64,000 bases of DNA from assembly GCF_030144855.1 (NCBI RefSeq), contig NC_082722.1, positions 27,652,001 through 27,716,000 of the forward strand, written 5' to 3'. Positions within the stretch are counted from its first letter, which is position 1. Each line of letters starts with the position of its first letter. The notes under the pieces were generated by a model. It saw only the letters and a program-made list of their open reading frames with translations. It had not been told where the DNA came from and ran no database searches. Below, piece by piece: positions 1 to 13,639 of this stretch. The stretch comes from Hypanus sabinus. Taxonomy: Eukaryota. The translations under genes and the position numbers were made by a program.

Positions 1-1454
1 CAATTTGCTGGACTATTGAATATGGAATGCATGGAATATCCAGCAAATCGTGTAAGCATGTACAGGCAGATCAACAGAATTAACACTTCAATTTTCCTTC
101 ATTTCTCAGAATTGTGTTTCTGGACTTCCAAACCTACGTTCATGAATTATGATTCCAAGCAATTAAATTAACATCGTAAGAAGTGAGTGCATTCTTGTGT
201 TTTTCTTTCCTACTTTATCTGTCCGTTTGAAAGGCTAGCTGCTCTTGTTCAAGTCCAAGGAAGTCTCACATCCTTTCAAGACAAATATTTTTCACTTCCC
301 GTTTATAATTCACCAATACGAATATTTGCATGCGAGTTTCTGCAAGTTTTCTCTAAAAAAAATACTCGGAATAGAATTCTAATTCATCTGTCAATTTAAC
401 AAGAAATAATTTGTACCTTGTGTTTATGGGAACTAATACGCTACATGAGAATAGAATTTCACTGGCGAGACTGCTGGTGACATCATGGAAAATCTGGGGT
501 CAAAGACTTCATCTCTCTGATACCTGATATTTATGTGTTAGTCATTCGCTGAGAGCATTGAATGGAAACCAATTAATTTGCAGATTAAAGGACACGATAA
601 ACCGGTGTCAGGGGAAAAGCATTCTCCTCTCTGATGAATTAAATAAGGGACCGCAGCTAGTAGATGTTCAGTTTAATTTGACATCGTGTTCGCAACAGAC
701 AACTTGGCCAAACGTCACATTCCTGTGCTGTACTCGTCCATTGTTACCTTAAACACAGTGTTAAGGGAATCAGGAACAGGCAGACGACATTACTTAAAGT
801 TGCAATGTCGAGAGTTGTCTTTTTATCTAAAACTTTCAACGATACTTTTAAAGGCTCGAATGAAATGGTAAGTAAAGTCATGTCGCTTTGCATTCGGCTA
901 ATATCGTTTGATCGTTAATTGGAAAACAGGGTAATTAATGCAAAAACAACATTGCAGATCTTTGTAATCCGAAATTAATCAGAAAACATCGGGAACCTTC
1001 TTTGAAAAGGGGAGAATGCAAATCATTTCTCTGCATGACCTCGTGAAAAATTGTGGCTTGCTCAGTGTTTCCTATGTCTTCCACTCAGTAGTAGCAAGCA
1101 GTAGTTTTAATTTTTCAGTCAGCTAACTCCAGTTCAGCTCCCTATTAACCACTGAAGAATAATGGACATTCAGTTGTAACGTTTATCCAAAAAGAACGTT
1201 GCTGAAAACATTTCGGAATATGATTGTAATGAAGGCAGAGGTATTTAAAAGCCGATATTATAAAGGATTACCTCGTCTGGGGTATAAAATTGTCTCATAA
1301 ATTAGAAATTTAGATTTAAGGTCAATCATTTGGCCTAAACAGAGCTCTGCTTAACATTTAAAAACATCTTGATTTTTTTTCTGAGACTGTCATGTATTCA
1401 AGCATTTGAAATAAATAAACAATAATTTAAATGCTTAAAAAAAGAACGAAAGGT

Positions 1455-1761
1455 TTTCTGCCGAGACTGAAATGGCTCGCACGAGAGGGCACAGTTTTAC
1501 GGAGTTTGGAAGTTGCTACAGAGGAGATGTCAGATGCAAGTTTTTTACACAGAGAGTGGTGAGAGCGTGGGATAGGCTGCCGGCGACAGTGGTGGAGACG
1601 GATACAATAGGGTCTTTTAAGAGACTCCTAGATAGGTACATGGAGCTTAGAAAAATAGAGGGCTATGGGTAACCCTAGGTAATTTCTAAGGTAAGGACAT
1701 GATCGGCATAGTTTTGTGGGTTGAGGGGCGCGCATTGTGCTGTAAGTTTTCTTTGTTTCTA
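1455..1761 (+). mobile_element. CR1-type LINE 3' fragment
   Basis: ORF 1472-1672 TRGHSF...KFFTQRVVRAWDRLP...FKRLLD is the CR1 ORF2 C-terminus, followed by the same 3' UTR seen at 28980 and 43690. Confidence 0.85.
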
Positions 1762-2598
1762 AAGAGTCTTATGCTTTCCTGTGCTTGTCCGTCCAACTAA
1801 CGCTGAACAAATTTCTGCTGTTGAATATATAGAGCTGTAGGGTTTATCTCTAAAGCATTTAAAACTAAAAATGCATCGGCAGTCTTATTCAATTGCCACC
1901 TAAGAGCTACCACGACAATCCCAACCATTCTCAAACGAGGCCAGTCTTTATCAGCCAACCGGTATTTAAATGCTTAGTAATCGGTCCACGTTACTGCTCC
2001 ATTCTTACACACCGTGACGAATGGACTAATGGAGAACATAGATTGTTTCATGGGGAACAAATCACAGTACTCTCATCTTTAGGAGTTGTGTGTTAAGAAA
2101 AAATGAATATCTGAAGTTCAAGGCAGAAATATCGACAGACAACTTCTGGGAATAGTGTTTTCTGCTGCAGACAGACTTTTGTATTCGACATAACAAAGTG
2201 CCTATAACGTAAAACTAAGCTGTGTCTCATTAGAATAGTCTCCAGATCCACAGCAAAATAATGTCCATATCCTCCCCCGGCTAAATTCCTCACCAGACAG
2301 ACCTCAGTTACGTCCCGTGGGATCCAATATACAAAATATGTGTTACCTATGAACAGCTTTAGGTCCCAAGAAGCTACATAATTTCAGATCTGAGAGGACA
2401 GGAGATACAATTTAATAATGGCGACGAAACTCCTATGAAAACAGCATAGCATCCCAACCGCTTCATGGAAATTCGGAAATATAACGGCTCAAAATAGCGA
2501 GAAGGTCGACATGGTAAACAAATCTTAACTCCGTTCGTAGGAAGCACGTGGAAGCTCAGTATTGTTCCATCGCCGCCCAAAATGAGTTTGAAGATTCA

Positions 2599-2641
2599 AT
2601 GTTGTCTTTTTATAAGTGGATAACAATATATGCCCTGCCAG
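2599..2641 (+). pseudogene. Candidate leader exon of receptor gene A
   Basis: ATG...MLSFYKWITIYALP ending CCAG|GTTAG in phase 1, the same junction as the gene B leader (CCAG|GTTAG). An upstream ATG at 2582 gives a better signal peptide only with a frameshift. Confidence 0.3.
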
Positions 2642-3063
2642 GTTAGACACATGGGTGCGTGCTAATCCTTTTTTTCTGTATCAGGTTAAATATATTTTTG
2701 CTCGATGGACTATCCTATTGACTGCATTTTACTTTGTGGAAATGCAGGAGATATTTGAAAGAGCAGCATTTCCCGCAGTGCAACTGCTCGTGTTTATTGA
2801 ATTTAAAATGGAACGTCGGAACTGCAATCAATCATATGAGGCTTCCTCGATGCGCCCTTTACAGATTTTATCGCAGTACCTCTTGAATCTCTGTCATCAT
2901 TAAATGGAATAACTTGCTGTTTGAACTCTAAGCTCTCTCTTTATGTGATCAACGTCCTATACCCTGAATCTATTTTTATCAGAGGTAACATTGGCTGCTG
3001 CTTTTTGCTGATCTCTTTGTGCGAGCTGGTCACAACAGCGAGTAAGGAACCTGAGTACGATGG

Positions 3064-3370
3064 GTGAAAACACAAGGAGATCTGCAGATGCTGGAAATTC
3101 AAGCAACACATCGTCAGGATCATGACCTTCTCCCTCTCCGGCTGTGTATCCCTTTTGCCAGTCAACTTTCCAGCTCATAGCTTTATCCCTCCCCCTCACT
3201 GTCTTCTATCATTTCGGAACTCCCCGTCCCTCTTCCGCTTTCTAATCACTTACTATCTTTTCTTTCATTTAGTCCCCACGAAGGGTCACGGCCCGAAACT
3301 TCGACTGTACTTTTGCCTATAGGTGCTGCCTGGCCTTCTGCGTTCCACCAGCATTTTGTGTATGTTGCCT
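3064..3370 (+). mobile_element. Penelope-like element remnant (terminal sequences)
   Basis: Pyrimidine-rich tract then ..gaagggtcacggcccgaaacttcgactg..tgctgcctggcc..ccagcattttgtg, shared with the 4897-6040 element. Confidence 0.7.
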
Positions 3371-4345
3371 GAGTATTATGGGGCCTATTTTGAAAAAAGA
3401 AGAAGCCTAAAATCTGTCACTGGAATTAATTCGTGAAGTTTTCACATTATGTGCTTTTGTTTCATGAAACTTCAGCAGTTAAATTACATGAAAATTGCTG
3501 AAGAAACAGGCATCAGTGATCAGGATCCATAATCATACATTGTGCCGGAGATGTGTGCGTGACGACGTCCGAGGGAAAGCACTTGCTGTTCAATTCAGTC
3601 TCGTTCATGATTTCCTTTTTGGTTTGTAATCCAGACATTAAGCAGTAGTTCATTAGACGAACCGTTATAACCAAACTCCAAAGGAAATTATCAACAGAAA
3701 CAAATATTTTAATATATGTAACCCCATCCCTACCCGTCGCGGCTAAAAATCTTCTGGCCGCAAGTTCGCAACTGCTATATTAGAGAAATCAGCAGGGTGT
3801 TATTTCGCTGAAGGTATATGATTGAAATGGAGTAAAACAGCAAAGGTAAATCAGAATGAAGAAATTTTGTTATTATTTTTGTCCACCTATCTTATTAGAC
3901 ATTTTTCAACCCCTAAGCGGATTTCCACCTTTACCGTCAAAATGCCTAGAGTACAGATTTGAATTTATATCTCAATAAAGATTTGGATAATTCCTGAATT
4001 CAGCAAGAGGGCAAAAATTTGAAGTATTATTACGGAAGTACTCGGCAGGACATGCAAAAAAAAAAATTAGAACTGTAAAAGTTCTTATTTTCCTCCCAGC
4101 ATCGGCAGATTTTGAATCTAAACCACATTATTCTGCATTGCGGTGGCGTCATGCTACGTCATGTTTTACATGATTAATACATTTCCTCACCAAGACCTTT
4201 CTGGAGATTTTCAGCTCTGTGCATTTTACATCAAACTTAGCGCTGAGGATAATTGTTGCTACTTTATAAAACAACAGCAAGAGTGCATTTGATTCCCACT
4301 TTTTAAAAACACCCCAGTCCAAATGTTCTAAATTCAGAATTATAA

Positions 4346-4597
4346 AGAACAAAAGAATTAATCACATCTTACGTAGCACCTTTAAGGCGCATAACAGAGT
4401 TAATTCGTTTATGGTATCGTACTTCCCCAAACTCTTTCCCACTGCAGTTAGTCCAGCCCTGTTCATCAGCTCTCTCCCAGCTAAACATTATGTCCAAGAT
4501 TTGTGATACCTTTGGACTTCACCCTTATTATTGCGAAGGTGCTTTGAATGCAACGAATTACTTTACAAGCAGGAAGTCGAAATAATATTCATACTAA
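4346..4597 (+). pseudogene. Possible degenerate V exon of gene A
   Basis: One frame reads ITSY..LWYR..SQLNI..D..YYC; W-to-C spacing is 41 residues vs 42 in gene B. B-strand Cys would be Ser, there is an upstream in-frame stop at 4343, and the J-like end is frameshifted. Confidence 0.25.
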
Positions 4598-4896
4598 TGT
4601 GAATGGCTGGAGTTGGATAACTCGATTCGTCATCACAGAGGACGCAAAATATGAAAACTTATGCAATCTCTATCAAAATGTCTGTATGCAGCAGCACAAT
4701 GCTCCATATCCGCATCAAAAGGAGAGAGAAATAATGCACAGCTCCAAACGATTTAATTCCAACATCACTAACAATTTGTCGCCTGCACTGCAATTTGTCA
4801 TTCCAACTTCTGTCATGCAGGATTAGCAAAATCTGTCTTTCTTTCACCATATAAAATGGGGAAAAATAAAGCCCTCTCAAGATCAAGGTGAATTTT

Positions 4897-6040
4897 GATA
4901 AAAACTCAAAATGCTGGCAGAACTCAGCAGGCCAGACAGCATCTATGGGAGGAGGTAGTGACGTGGTTTCGGCCCGACACCCTTCATCAGGCGTGAAGTA
5001 ACATGCTCCATCGACCTGCGTGTGGCCTCATCTTGACGATAGAGGAGGCAATGAACAGACATGTCGGAGTGGGAGTGCGGAAAGTTAAGAGTCCTCACCT
5101 ATCACACTGCCAGCCTACAGATCCAACGTATAATCCTCCGTAACTTCCGCCACCTCCTACGTGATCCCACCACCAGCCACATGTTCCCCTCCTCCTCACT
5201 CTCGGCTTTCCGCAGGGATCGCTCCCTACGAGACTGCCTTGTCCATTTATCCCAGCCATCCCTCCCCACCGACCTCCCTCCGGGCATTCATCTCTGCAAA
5301 CGGAAGAAGTGCTACTCCTGCCACCACACTTCTTCCCTCACCACAATCTCAGGTCCCAGACAGTCCTTTCAGGTGAGGCACTACTTCACTTGCGAGTCAA
5401 CTGGGGTGATATACTGTATCCGGTGCTCCCGATGTGGCCATTTATACATTAGGGAGACCTGCCGCAGACTGGGAGACCGTTTCGCCGAACACCGGCGCTC
5501 AGTCCTCCAGCAGTGGCGGGATCTCCCTGCGGCCACACACTTCAATTCCACAGACCACTCCCACTCTGACATGTCTGTCCATGGCCTCCTCTACGTTCAA
5601 GATGGGACCACACGCAGGTCGATAGAGCAGTACCTTATCTCCTGCATAGGTAGCCTCCTTCCTGCCGGCATGAACATCCAACTCACAGACCTCCGTTGAT
5701 ACCCCTGCCCCCTTACCCCTATTCCTATCTATTATTTTAGACTGGTTCTCTTTCTCTCTCTTTCCCCCCCTCACTATAATCTCCCCCCAACCCTACTTCT
5801 CTTTTATTTCCCATAATTCTTCACCTTCCCCCTAGCCCATTTCCGTCCAGCCTATCACTTTCCAGCTCTCTACTTCATCCCTCCCACCACTTCTTATCTC
5901 ATGTTACTTCACTCTTGATGAAGGGTTTCGGCCCGAAACGTCGTTAGTAACTCCTCCCATAGATGCTATCTGGCCTGCTGAGTTCTGCCAGCATTTTGTG
6001 TTTTTATTTATTTCCAGCATCTGCTGATTCACTCGTGTGC
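4897..6040 (+). mobile_element. Truncated Penelope-like retroelement with GIY-YIG endonuclease and inverted terminal copies
   Basis: ORF 5061-5699 contains TCESTGVIYCIRCSRCGHLYIRETCRRLGDRFAEH (PLE-type GIY-YIG). 4897-4990 is an inverted copy of 5915-6005. Confidence 0.85.
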
Positions 6041-6589
6041 CTTTAAATTTTGATAGAGTTGGACATCAGTTTGCAATTACCTTAATTACATTTTATGTGT
6101 CATTTTCAGCCCCCTTGTTCCACAACCAGCTTCTAGCTTTGATACCATGAGACACAGCACTAGTCAAAGGCCTTCGGTCAGAGAACACACATCTACTACC
6201 ATACTCAGGCTTCTCCGGAGAAGCCAACTTTAGATACAACCTAATGCTTCATCCTGAATGCCAAGCGAACGTACCTGATAAGCCCGCCTCCCCAATGGAG
6301 CGGTTTTCCAAAGACCTTGCTAAAATCCATGTTGACCATATCCACTGTTATCCTTCATCAAGATCAATGTTAACCCGCTCAATACGCTTATTAAGGTTGG
6401 TCAGACACATCCTTCCTTGCACAAAACAGTGTGGTCAATTGCCAGTAAAGCCAAGTTTATCGAAGTATTTATTATCCCATTCTTTAGAACATCTTCCAAT
6501 CAATTGCCCACATTTCTTTAATACCAACTAGTCTATAATATCCCGGCTTACTCCGAGAGTATATCTTGAACAACGGCAAATCTAGAAAC

Positions 6590-8180
6590 ATAATTGCAGA
6601 CTAAGTTCTTGGGAAACTGAAAGGACTGAAGGTAGGTAATTCAACTAGACCAGATGATGTACATCCCAGGGTTCTGATAAAAGTTGCTGAGGAGATTGTG
6701 GAGGATTGATCAGATCACAAAGATCTTTCGAGAATTACTAGATTCTAGAAAGGTTCTGATAGACTGGAAAATTGCAAATGTCACTCCGCTCTTCAAGGAG
6801 GCAGAGAGGCAGAAAAGCGAAACTGTAGGCCACTCAGTCTACCTCACTGGTTGACAAGATGTTGGAGTCCGTTATTCAGAATCAGTTCTTAGGTTACTCG
6901 GAGGCACATAATAAAACAGTTCATATTCAGCACGATTTCCTGAAGGGAAACTCTCGCCAGACAAATCTGATTCAATTAGTAGAAGGGATGAAAAGCAGGA
7001 TAGATGAAGATAGGTAGAATCGATTGTTGTGTACTTGGATTTTAGAAGGCCTTTGACAAGGTGTCATGCCCAAGCTGTTTAACGATCTACGAGTCCAAAG
7101 TTTTGCAGGAAAGATTCCAGGGTGGATAAAGAAGTGGCTGGATGGTAAGAGACTAAGAGTGGGAATAATGAGAGCACTTTCTGGTCGGCTGCCTGTGACT
7201 AATGGTGTTCCACAGGGGTCTGCGTTGTCACCATTTTTTTAAGGTTATATGTCAATGATATGGATGATGGAATTGTTGACTTTGTTAGAAAGTGTGCAGA
7301 CGATATGAAGATAGGTGGTCAGGCAAGTAGATTTTTAAGAATTAGAGAGGCTACAGAAGGACTTAGACAGATTAGGAGAATAGCCAAATAAGTGGCAGAT
7401 GGAATGCAGTGTCGCGAAGTGTGTGGTCATGCACTTTGGTAGAGGGCATGACAGTTTTGACAATTTTCTAACCAGATAGAAAATACAAAAACACGGTTGT
7501 GCAAAGGGACTTGCGAGTCTGTGTGCAGTATTCCTTACAGGTGAATTTGCAGGTTGAGTCTTTGGTCAGGAATGCAAATGCAATAACAACATTAATGTCA
7601 AGAGAAGTAGAATATAATAGACAGAACGTAATGTTGATAAGTTAGAAAGCACTGGTGAGGCGCCACGACACATTGTGAACAGTTTTAGACCCCTTATCTT
7701 GGAAAGAATGTGCTGAAACTGACGAGGGTTCAAAGGAGATTCAGAACAATGATTCCAGATTTAAATAGCTAGTTATATGAGAGCGTTGTATGGCACTGGG
7801 CCTGTGTTCACTGAAATTCCGGAAAAAATGGACGACCGCATTGAAACCTATTGAAAAGTGAAGGTATTTTATCGTGTGGATCTGTAAAGGATGACTCCTA
7901 CAGTGGGAGAATATAAGTCCAGAGGACACAGCCTCATCCATAATAGAGGGCATCTTTTAAAAACGGAGGTGAAGCGGATTTTTTTTTTCTGCCACAGGCA
8001 GCTATAGAGACAAAGTCTTTATGGATATTTAAGAGGTGATACATTCTTGATTGGTTCGGGTATGAACAGCTACGGGGAGAAGGCAGGAGATTCTGGCTGA
8101 GAGGAAAATATTAACTATGATGAAGTGGCAGAGCAATCTTGATCGGCCAAATGGAATAATTCGGCTCCTATATCCAATAG
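6590..8180 (+). mobile_element. Decayed CR1 LINE reverse-transcriptase region
   Basis: Degenerate RT motifs (LDF.KAFDKV at ~7036, GVPQGS at ~7204, ADD at ~7296) with many stops. Confidence 0.8.
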
Positions 8181-8189
8181 TCATATGGT

Positions 8190-8600
8190 CTTAAAATATC
8201 AGTTATACAGTAGTTTTCCGACAGCACTCCCACGAGTAAGGACATTCTGAATACCTCTATCGGCACCCTTTCCCTTTCTGCTTTAGCTTCCAAAGAGGTC
8301 CGATTGGACACCTTGCCGTGTTCTGGGGACTTCTGCACCCTAATTTGCCTCAAGACGGTAATCCGTATATGGGCCATGATATTGCTTCTGGTTTGTTTTC
8401 GTTGTATAGTCTCTGTGTACGTCTCCCGAGTAAATACAAATGGAAATGTATCAGACCTCCCTCCACCACCCCACATGTCTTTCGGCTCCATGGTTTGTTG
8501 AACCCACTGATCTTCAAAATGGATCAACTTATGCTTATTGTATCTGCAGAAGCCCTTCGATTTCTTTTTCACGTTAGAATTGTCCTTCACCTAGAATTTG
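8190..8600 (-). mobile_element. CR1 LINE internal fragment
   Basis: ORF 8168-8590 KKKSKGFCRYNKHK resembles the CR1 NPKxFYxYIKxKR region. Confidence 0.55.
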
Positions 8601-9698
8601 AGAAGGGCAAGAACGCTGACGTCGGTATGTACGTGGGAAGTGGATTCAGGCAACCGTGAGCTCCGGATGGCTATTGTAGGCAGAGCGAAATCCTAACTGC
8701 TGTGATAAGCAGGTAAAACCATCTGACTGCTGAATCTCTCCTGTTAGACAACGACCATAGCTGTAGCTGAAGCGGCCCACGTTTAGAAAAACTTAAAATT
8801 GGGCTCACGTTTTAGTAAACTTTGTGCATGGTGAAATTGAAGTTGTTCAGTTCACGTTTGACTCTCTGCAAGGAATCATTTCCGCCAGCGATCCTATAGC
8901 AGTGCCAAGTCACTGTGGACAGTTTTGCTGCAGGACTTCAGACTTTAGAAAGAATATAACTGTAGAAACAATGCGCTTAATATCAAGTTACATTTGCGTT
9001 TCTGTTTGTTTCATGAAGAAGATGATTCGCATCAGTCAATATGGGGCATCTGTTCCAGAAACAGTTCACATTCCTGCAAAATCGCTATTACTGAATATTT
9101 ATGACAAGAAGCTGAATTCCCTCAGCAGTTGAGCTGCCAGAATATTCAACTCCATGTGCATTCGTGCTATAGAAATCTGTGATGCTTTGGGTTTTGTAGC
9201 TCAGTCTTGATACGAAATGAAAAATCTAAAAAAATTGCCAGGTTTCCAAAGCTAACGCCCGCTGCAAACCCAACTGTGCAATAAAGCTCAAATACCATTC
9301 AGAACAGAGTGTTTTCCGCACTTTGGACCCTTAGCTTCGCCGTCGATGTGCATTCTCTGAACTCTTCCTTTCATCCTTCTCCCAAACTGACTGTATTTTA
9401 TTTTGCTTATTTTGTGACTATCAGTACTGGATGGTAACTACACGTGCTGTGTGTGAATATATATACTCTGTTTTGGAACTTGGCCCCAGAAGAACAATGT
9501 TTCGCTTAGGGGTGTGTGTATATGGTTTAGCAACAATAAACATAACATGAAATTGAAAGAATTTGCAAAATACTGGTTAATACTGGCGGGTAACTCATTT
9601 GATAGTTAAAGAGTCATGCTAGTTGGTAGGGAGATAAAGGAATCTACCTGCACTGAAATGGATCGAAAATACCCAATATATCTTTGTTTTAACTCGAG

Positions 9699-9982
9699 CT
9701 CCTCCAACTCCATTGGAAATTGCTCTAACTGGAGGGTTTTTGTCTCCTCGAAAACTCCTTTGTAAAACGTCTGCGTTCTACCCGGAAAAAATAGAATTCG
9801 TTTGGCAAAGAAATAACAAGCAAATTTACACTGGAATACAAAATATGACAAACCGAAGCGTGGATGTCTTGTGCGAAGGTTTTAGGTTATTGGAAGTCAC
9901 GCAGACTACTTGGGGAAAAGAGATTTACACCTGTCTGGTCTCGCATATCACCTTGCCGTTTTCGGTTACATACAGGAGCAAG
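9699..9982 (+). pseudogene. Ig C1-set exon of receptor gene A (frameshifted near 3' end)
   Basis: AG|ct PPTPLEIA..LLCKTSAFYPEKIEFVW..YTCLVSH..|GTAAG; same 58-aa Cys-Cys span as gene B. 284 nt vs 297 nt in B; a 10-nt deletion after VSH shifts the donor to phase 0. Confidence 0.85.
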
Positions 9983-10591
9983 GTAAGATGTTGCCTTGAT
10001 GAAGTCATGGTGTTGGATCTCGGACGTAAACATCGACACTTTAGATCTGCCTGATCGGCTGAGTTATTCTAGGGCTTTCTGTGTAACTCTGGATTTCAGC
10101 ATGTTCAGAATCTTTTGCGCTCTATATAAGATGGAACTCTTATAAGTCATAATGATGGGGTCAATGTGAACTTTTTAAGACCAGTAACTGAACAGCTACC
10201 TAACCACAGAAGAACCACTAATTTTGAAGCTTAGTAATTGACAGTGAATATTCAACGTGAAAGCTGATAAAAATAACGAACGTGTTTTGTCCGTTAGTTT
10301 AAATCGTGTAGGACGAATTAAGAAATTAAATTCGTGGAGTATTCGTAAGGTAGCAAACTTCTGAACATTTGCAAAGATGGGACAAAGCAAAACTTAAACT
10401 CTATATCTCACTGTGATATAACAAAGGTGGGAATTTGCATTTCCTGTTTTATGATATATTTTCCGAAATTGTGCAGTGAGATTTGAAAGCATACTGTAAA
10501 ATATTTGACATTGTTGATTCTCACGTGTGCATTTGTTTGTAGATGCATAAATGCTTCGCAGTTTCTTATTTTCCCCCTGTTGATTCACAAG

Positions 10592-10690
10592 GCTCTGACG
10601 CTAAATTCATTCCGGCACGTGCAGTGGGCGGATCGGCAATTTTAGCTCTGATAATAGTTCTGGCGAAAGTCAAGTTAAAGAGATCGCACG
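10592..10690 (+). pseudogene. Transmembrane exon of receptor gene A
   Basis: AG|..SDAKFIPARAVGGSAILALIIVLAKVKLKRSH..|GTAAG; 99 nt, phase 1-1; AxGG motif shared with B and C TM exons. Confidence 0.75.
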
Positions 10691-12493
10691 GTAAGGACCC
10701 TGATCGCTGAGAAATCTCATCTCTGTTCGTGCAAAATAGATGCACTAAAGGGATTTAACTTCAAATAAAAATATCATTACAATATAATTACACAGGGATT
10801 GAGATGTTCGAACCGGATTACATAAATAATTATCAGGCACTATAGAAGCTGGATCTGTAAATGCAATAAATCCACCAGTCTATTCGCTGTATTCTCATGC
10901 TGTATCTTGTATATGCTACAGTTGATTTAAACGCAGAGTACGCGAAATTGAAAATGCAACGAAATCTTGGTTTGGAAGTCATATGCTGTTTTTAACCCCG
11001 ATTACCAGCAAAGATCCATACAGCACTGCTTAACCTGCAATGGAATCGAATATGTGTCCAATGAACCGTGTAGTACCTGGCGCATAATGATACCCATCTG
11101 TTAACTAAACTCCACAATGCGCCCGCTGCTCCACGAGGCTAAGCTGAATGATTATTGTCATCAATTTTGAAAGAAATGCCTCAAAACTTATAAATGTATT
11201 AACATCTCCCATTTTGGATTTAATCCAGAAATTGAAAATCTCTAACGACATCTTGGGAACGAGGAAACTTTGTCCTTTCAGATTGAAAATCCCTCCCCAG
11301 AACGTAACATAAACGTTGTTTCTCTTTCCTCTGGTGTTTCCTGACCTACTGCGTGTTTTTTTTTACTTCAGAGTTCCAGCAGTAAAATGATATTAAATTC
11401 GTGCTACCTGGATTCTCCTGACAGCATATATTAAAACTGTATCGGTTGTATTCCTATCTGTCGAGAACTGGAAACGACTACTTGTGTTCCATTACTCACC
11501 TTTCCAATGTTAGCGCATATTTTTACTCTTACGTAACGGTATTTGCTGCAGCCACTTTTCATATCACCAGAACAAGGCTGTTATATCTCTCTGGCTTCAG
11601 GATGGGAGTACCCTGCTGAAACTTCTAACAGTGTTCGTATCTCTTCCCGAAGTGAAGGACCGCTTCTGAGAGTAATCTCTAAGTTGAAGCTGGAACGTTG
11701 AAGATAAATCATTTACCGTTGCTTTATTGCTCTAGAATGCTCTGTTATTTTTGCAGCCAAAACAAATGCTATTTTACCCATTTTCTGTCATGTGCATGTC
11801 CAGTTGCTCTACTTATTTCGATTGTAATTTGTTGATTCACTGCTAACACCAATAAGTCCAACAGCGGGTAAGATTCCCTTCCCGCATTTGCTAACTGAGT
11901 AAAGCCAGGCTGGGACAATACATCAGGTCTTGCCATTTGTACCAATGTCCTTAACCTAGATAATGCGAGTTTGAAGATCACAGATCCTAATTGCACCATG
12001 GGTACAAAATCTGGTCCATGCCAATGATTACAATAATTTGACGAGGTGCATAAGGTAAACGCATCGGATAAAGCTCGTGCACAAAATTTGGAAGAGCGGA
12101 ATGTATATATCCATATAACTGTATAAAAATTACAGCCCTTCGAGTCCGTGCTGAACGCTTACTCTCGCCAAGTCCCAAAGTATGACTAAGTTCCAAACAT
12201 GGGTATGACATAAGAGACGAAAAAAATAGAGATGGTCAGGCCTGAGAATCCGTTCCGCTTGATATAGCTGGTTATAAGTGGTTGTTTGGAAATCTAACGT
12301 AAAGGTAGCAACTTCCAGCCTGAAATGGGTTTGGTAACTCACGTCCGGTAGGATATACGGCCAATATACGCGGACAAAGTGTTATTCCAACCATTTTTAA
12401 TCATGTTCTATTATTAGATATTCCGAAGCAAGCTTAGTTCATGATCACTGACCTTTGTATCAGTTATCAGTAATAAATATGTTTTTCTAACAG

Positions 12494-12661
12494 GGTAAAC
12501 AAGCTGCGGTTGAGCACAACATTGACTATGTTTCACTAAATATGAGGGAGGGCAAAGGATTTCGCAAAGATCGGCAACAAGAAGAGCGCATTATCTATTA
12601 TCCGGGAAAACAGAGATATTGTGATGAAGAACATATGAATTTGCTTCAGATATATAACACT
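12494..12661 (+). pseudogene. ITIM-bearing cytoplasmic exon (type Y) of gene A
   Basis: CAG|GKQAAVEHNIDYVSLNMREGKGF.. with canonical ITIM IDYVSL; homologous to 35697. The 3' end is uncertain: donor ACT|GTAAGA at 12662 or read-through to a stop. Confidence 0.65.
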
Positions 12662-12904
12662 GTAAGACAGCCGTCCGGCCGAAACAGTTCGCGCCGCCCA
12701 ATTATACCCATTTGACCAATTAGCCGACTCACGCCTACATATTTTGAATGTGTGAGAAAACCCGAGCGCCCAAGGAAAGTCATACGGTCATGGGAAAACT
12801 TAGAAATACACCATTTAGTCGGGCACGAGATGTAAATCCGGATCACTGCTGCTTTAATAGTGTTACGCTAGCCGCGCGATACCGAGCCACACAAAGCATA
12901 TACA

Positions 12905-13590
12905 TAGGACCATAAGATACACAAGCAGAAGTAGGCCATTCGGCCGATCGTGTCGGCTTCGCCATTTAATCCGGGACAGATTCAATTCTTCCAGTCATCC
13001 CCACTCCCTTGCCTTCTCCCCATAACCTTTGACGCCCTGCATAATAAGAACCTATCGATCTCTGCATTAAATGCACTGAATGACTTGGGCTCCACAGCCG
13101 CTCATGGAAACAAATTCAACATATTTACCACCCTTTGACGGAAGTAATTTCTCCGCATCACTGTCTGAATGGACGTTCTTCAATTCTGAAGTCGTGCCCT
13201 TTCGCCCTGGAGTCCCCGGCCAGGGGAAATAACTTTGTCATGTCAAATCAGTTCAGGCCTTTTAACATTCGGAATGTTTCTATGAGATCCCGTTCATTCT
13301 CCTGAACTGGGAATACAGCCCAAGAGCTGACAGACGTTTCTCATCCAATATCCTTTCATTCCTTGAATCATTCTTGTGACTATTCTCTGAGCCCTCAAAA
13401 TGTCAGTATATCCTTTCTAAAAGAAGGAGACCAAGTGTAGTCTCACGAGTGCTTATAGAACCTCAACATCTCAACCCTGTTCTTATATTCTTTACCTCTA
13501 GAAATGAATGCCAACAATGTATTCGCTTTCTACACCAGCGACTCAACCTGCAGGTTTACCTAACGCATATCCTGCACAGGGTCTCAAATC
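12905..13590 (-). mobile_element. CR1 LINE 3' fragment
   Basis: Reverse complement of the CR1 tail; similar to 46400-47280 and 59950-60690. Confidence 0.75.
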
Positions 13591-13639
13591 GTCCCTTTGC
13601 ATCGCTGCATTTTGAATTATTTAATAATTATATGCATCT

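Noticed and set aside
754-800. CACAGTG heptamer as a possible RSS (also near 44524)
   Set aside because: No ACAAAAACC-like nonamer at 12 or 23 nt spacing and no adjacent V/D/J segment.
558-871. ORF LICR..QTTWPNVTFLC resembling a C1 domain, plus strong donor AAATG|GTAAGT at 868
   Set aside because: Cys spacing is 50 rather than 58, FYP and the C-strand Trp are absent, and no consistent phase-1 exon can be built.
11769-12342. Three overlapping minus-strand ORFs suggesting a frameshifted endogenous viral gene
   Set aside because: No recognisable viral motif; the central part (cagcacggactcgaagggc..) matches a decayed CR1 3' tail. A tBLASTx against viral proteins would settle it.
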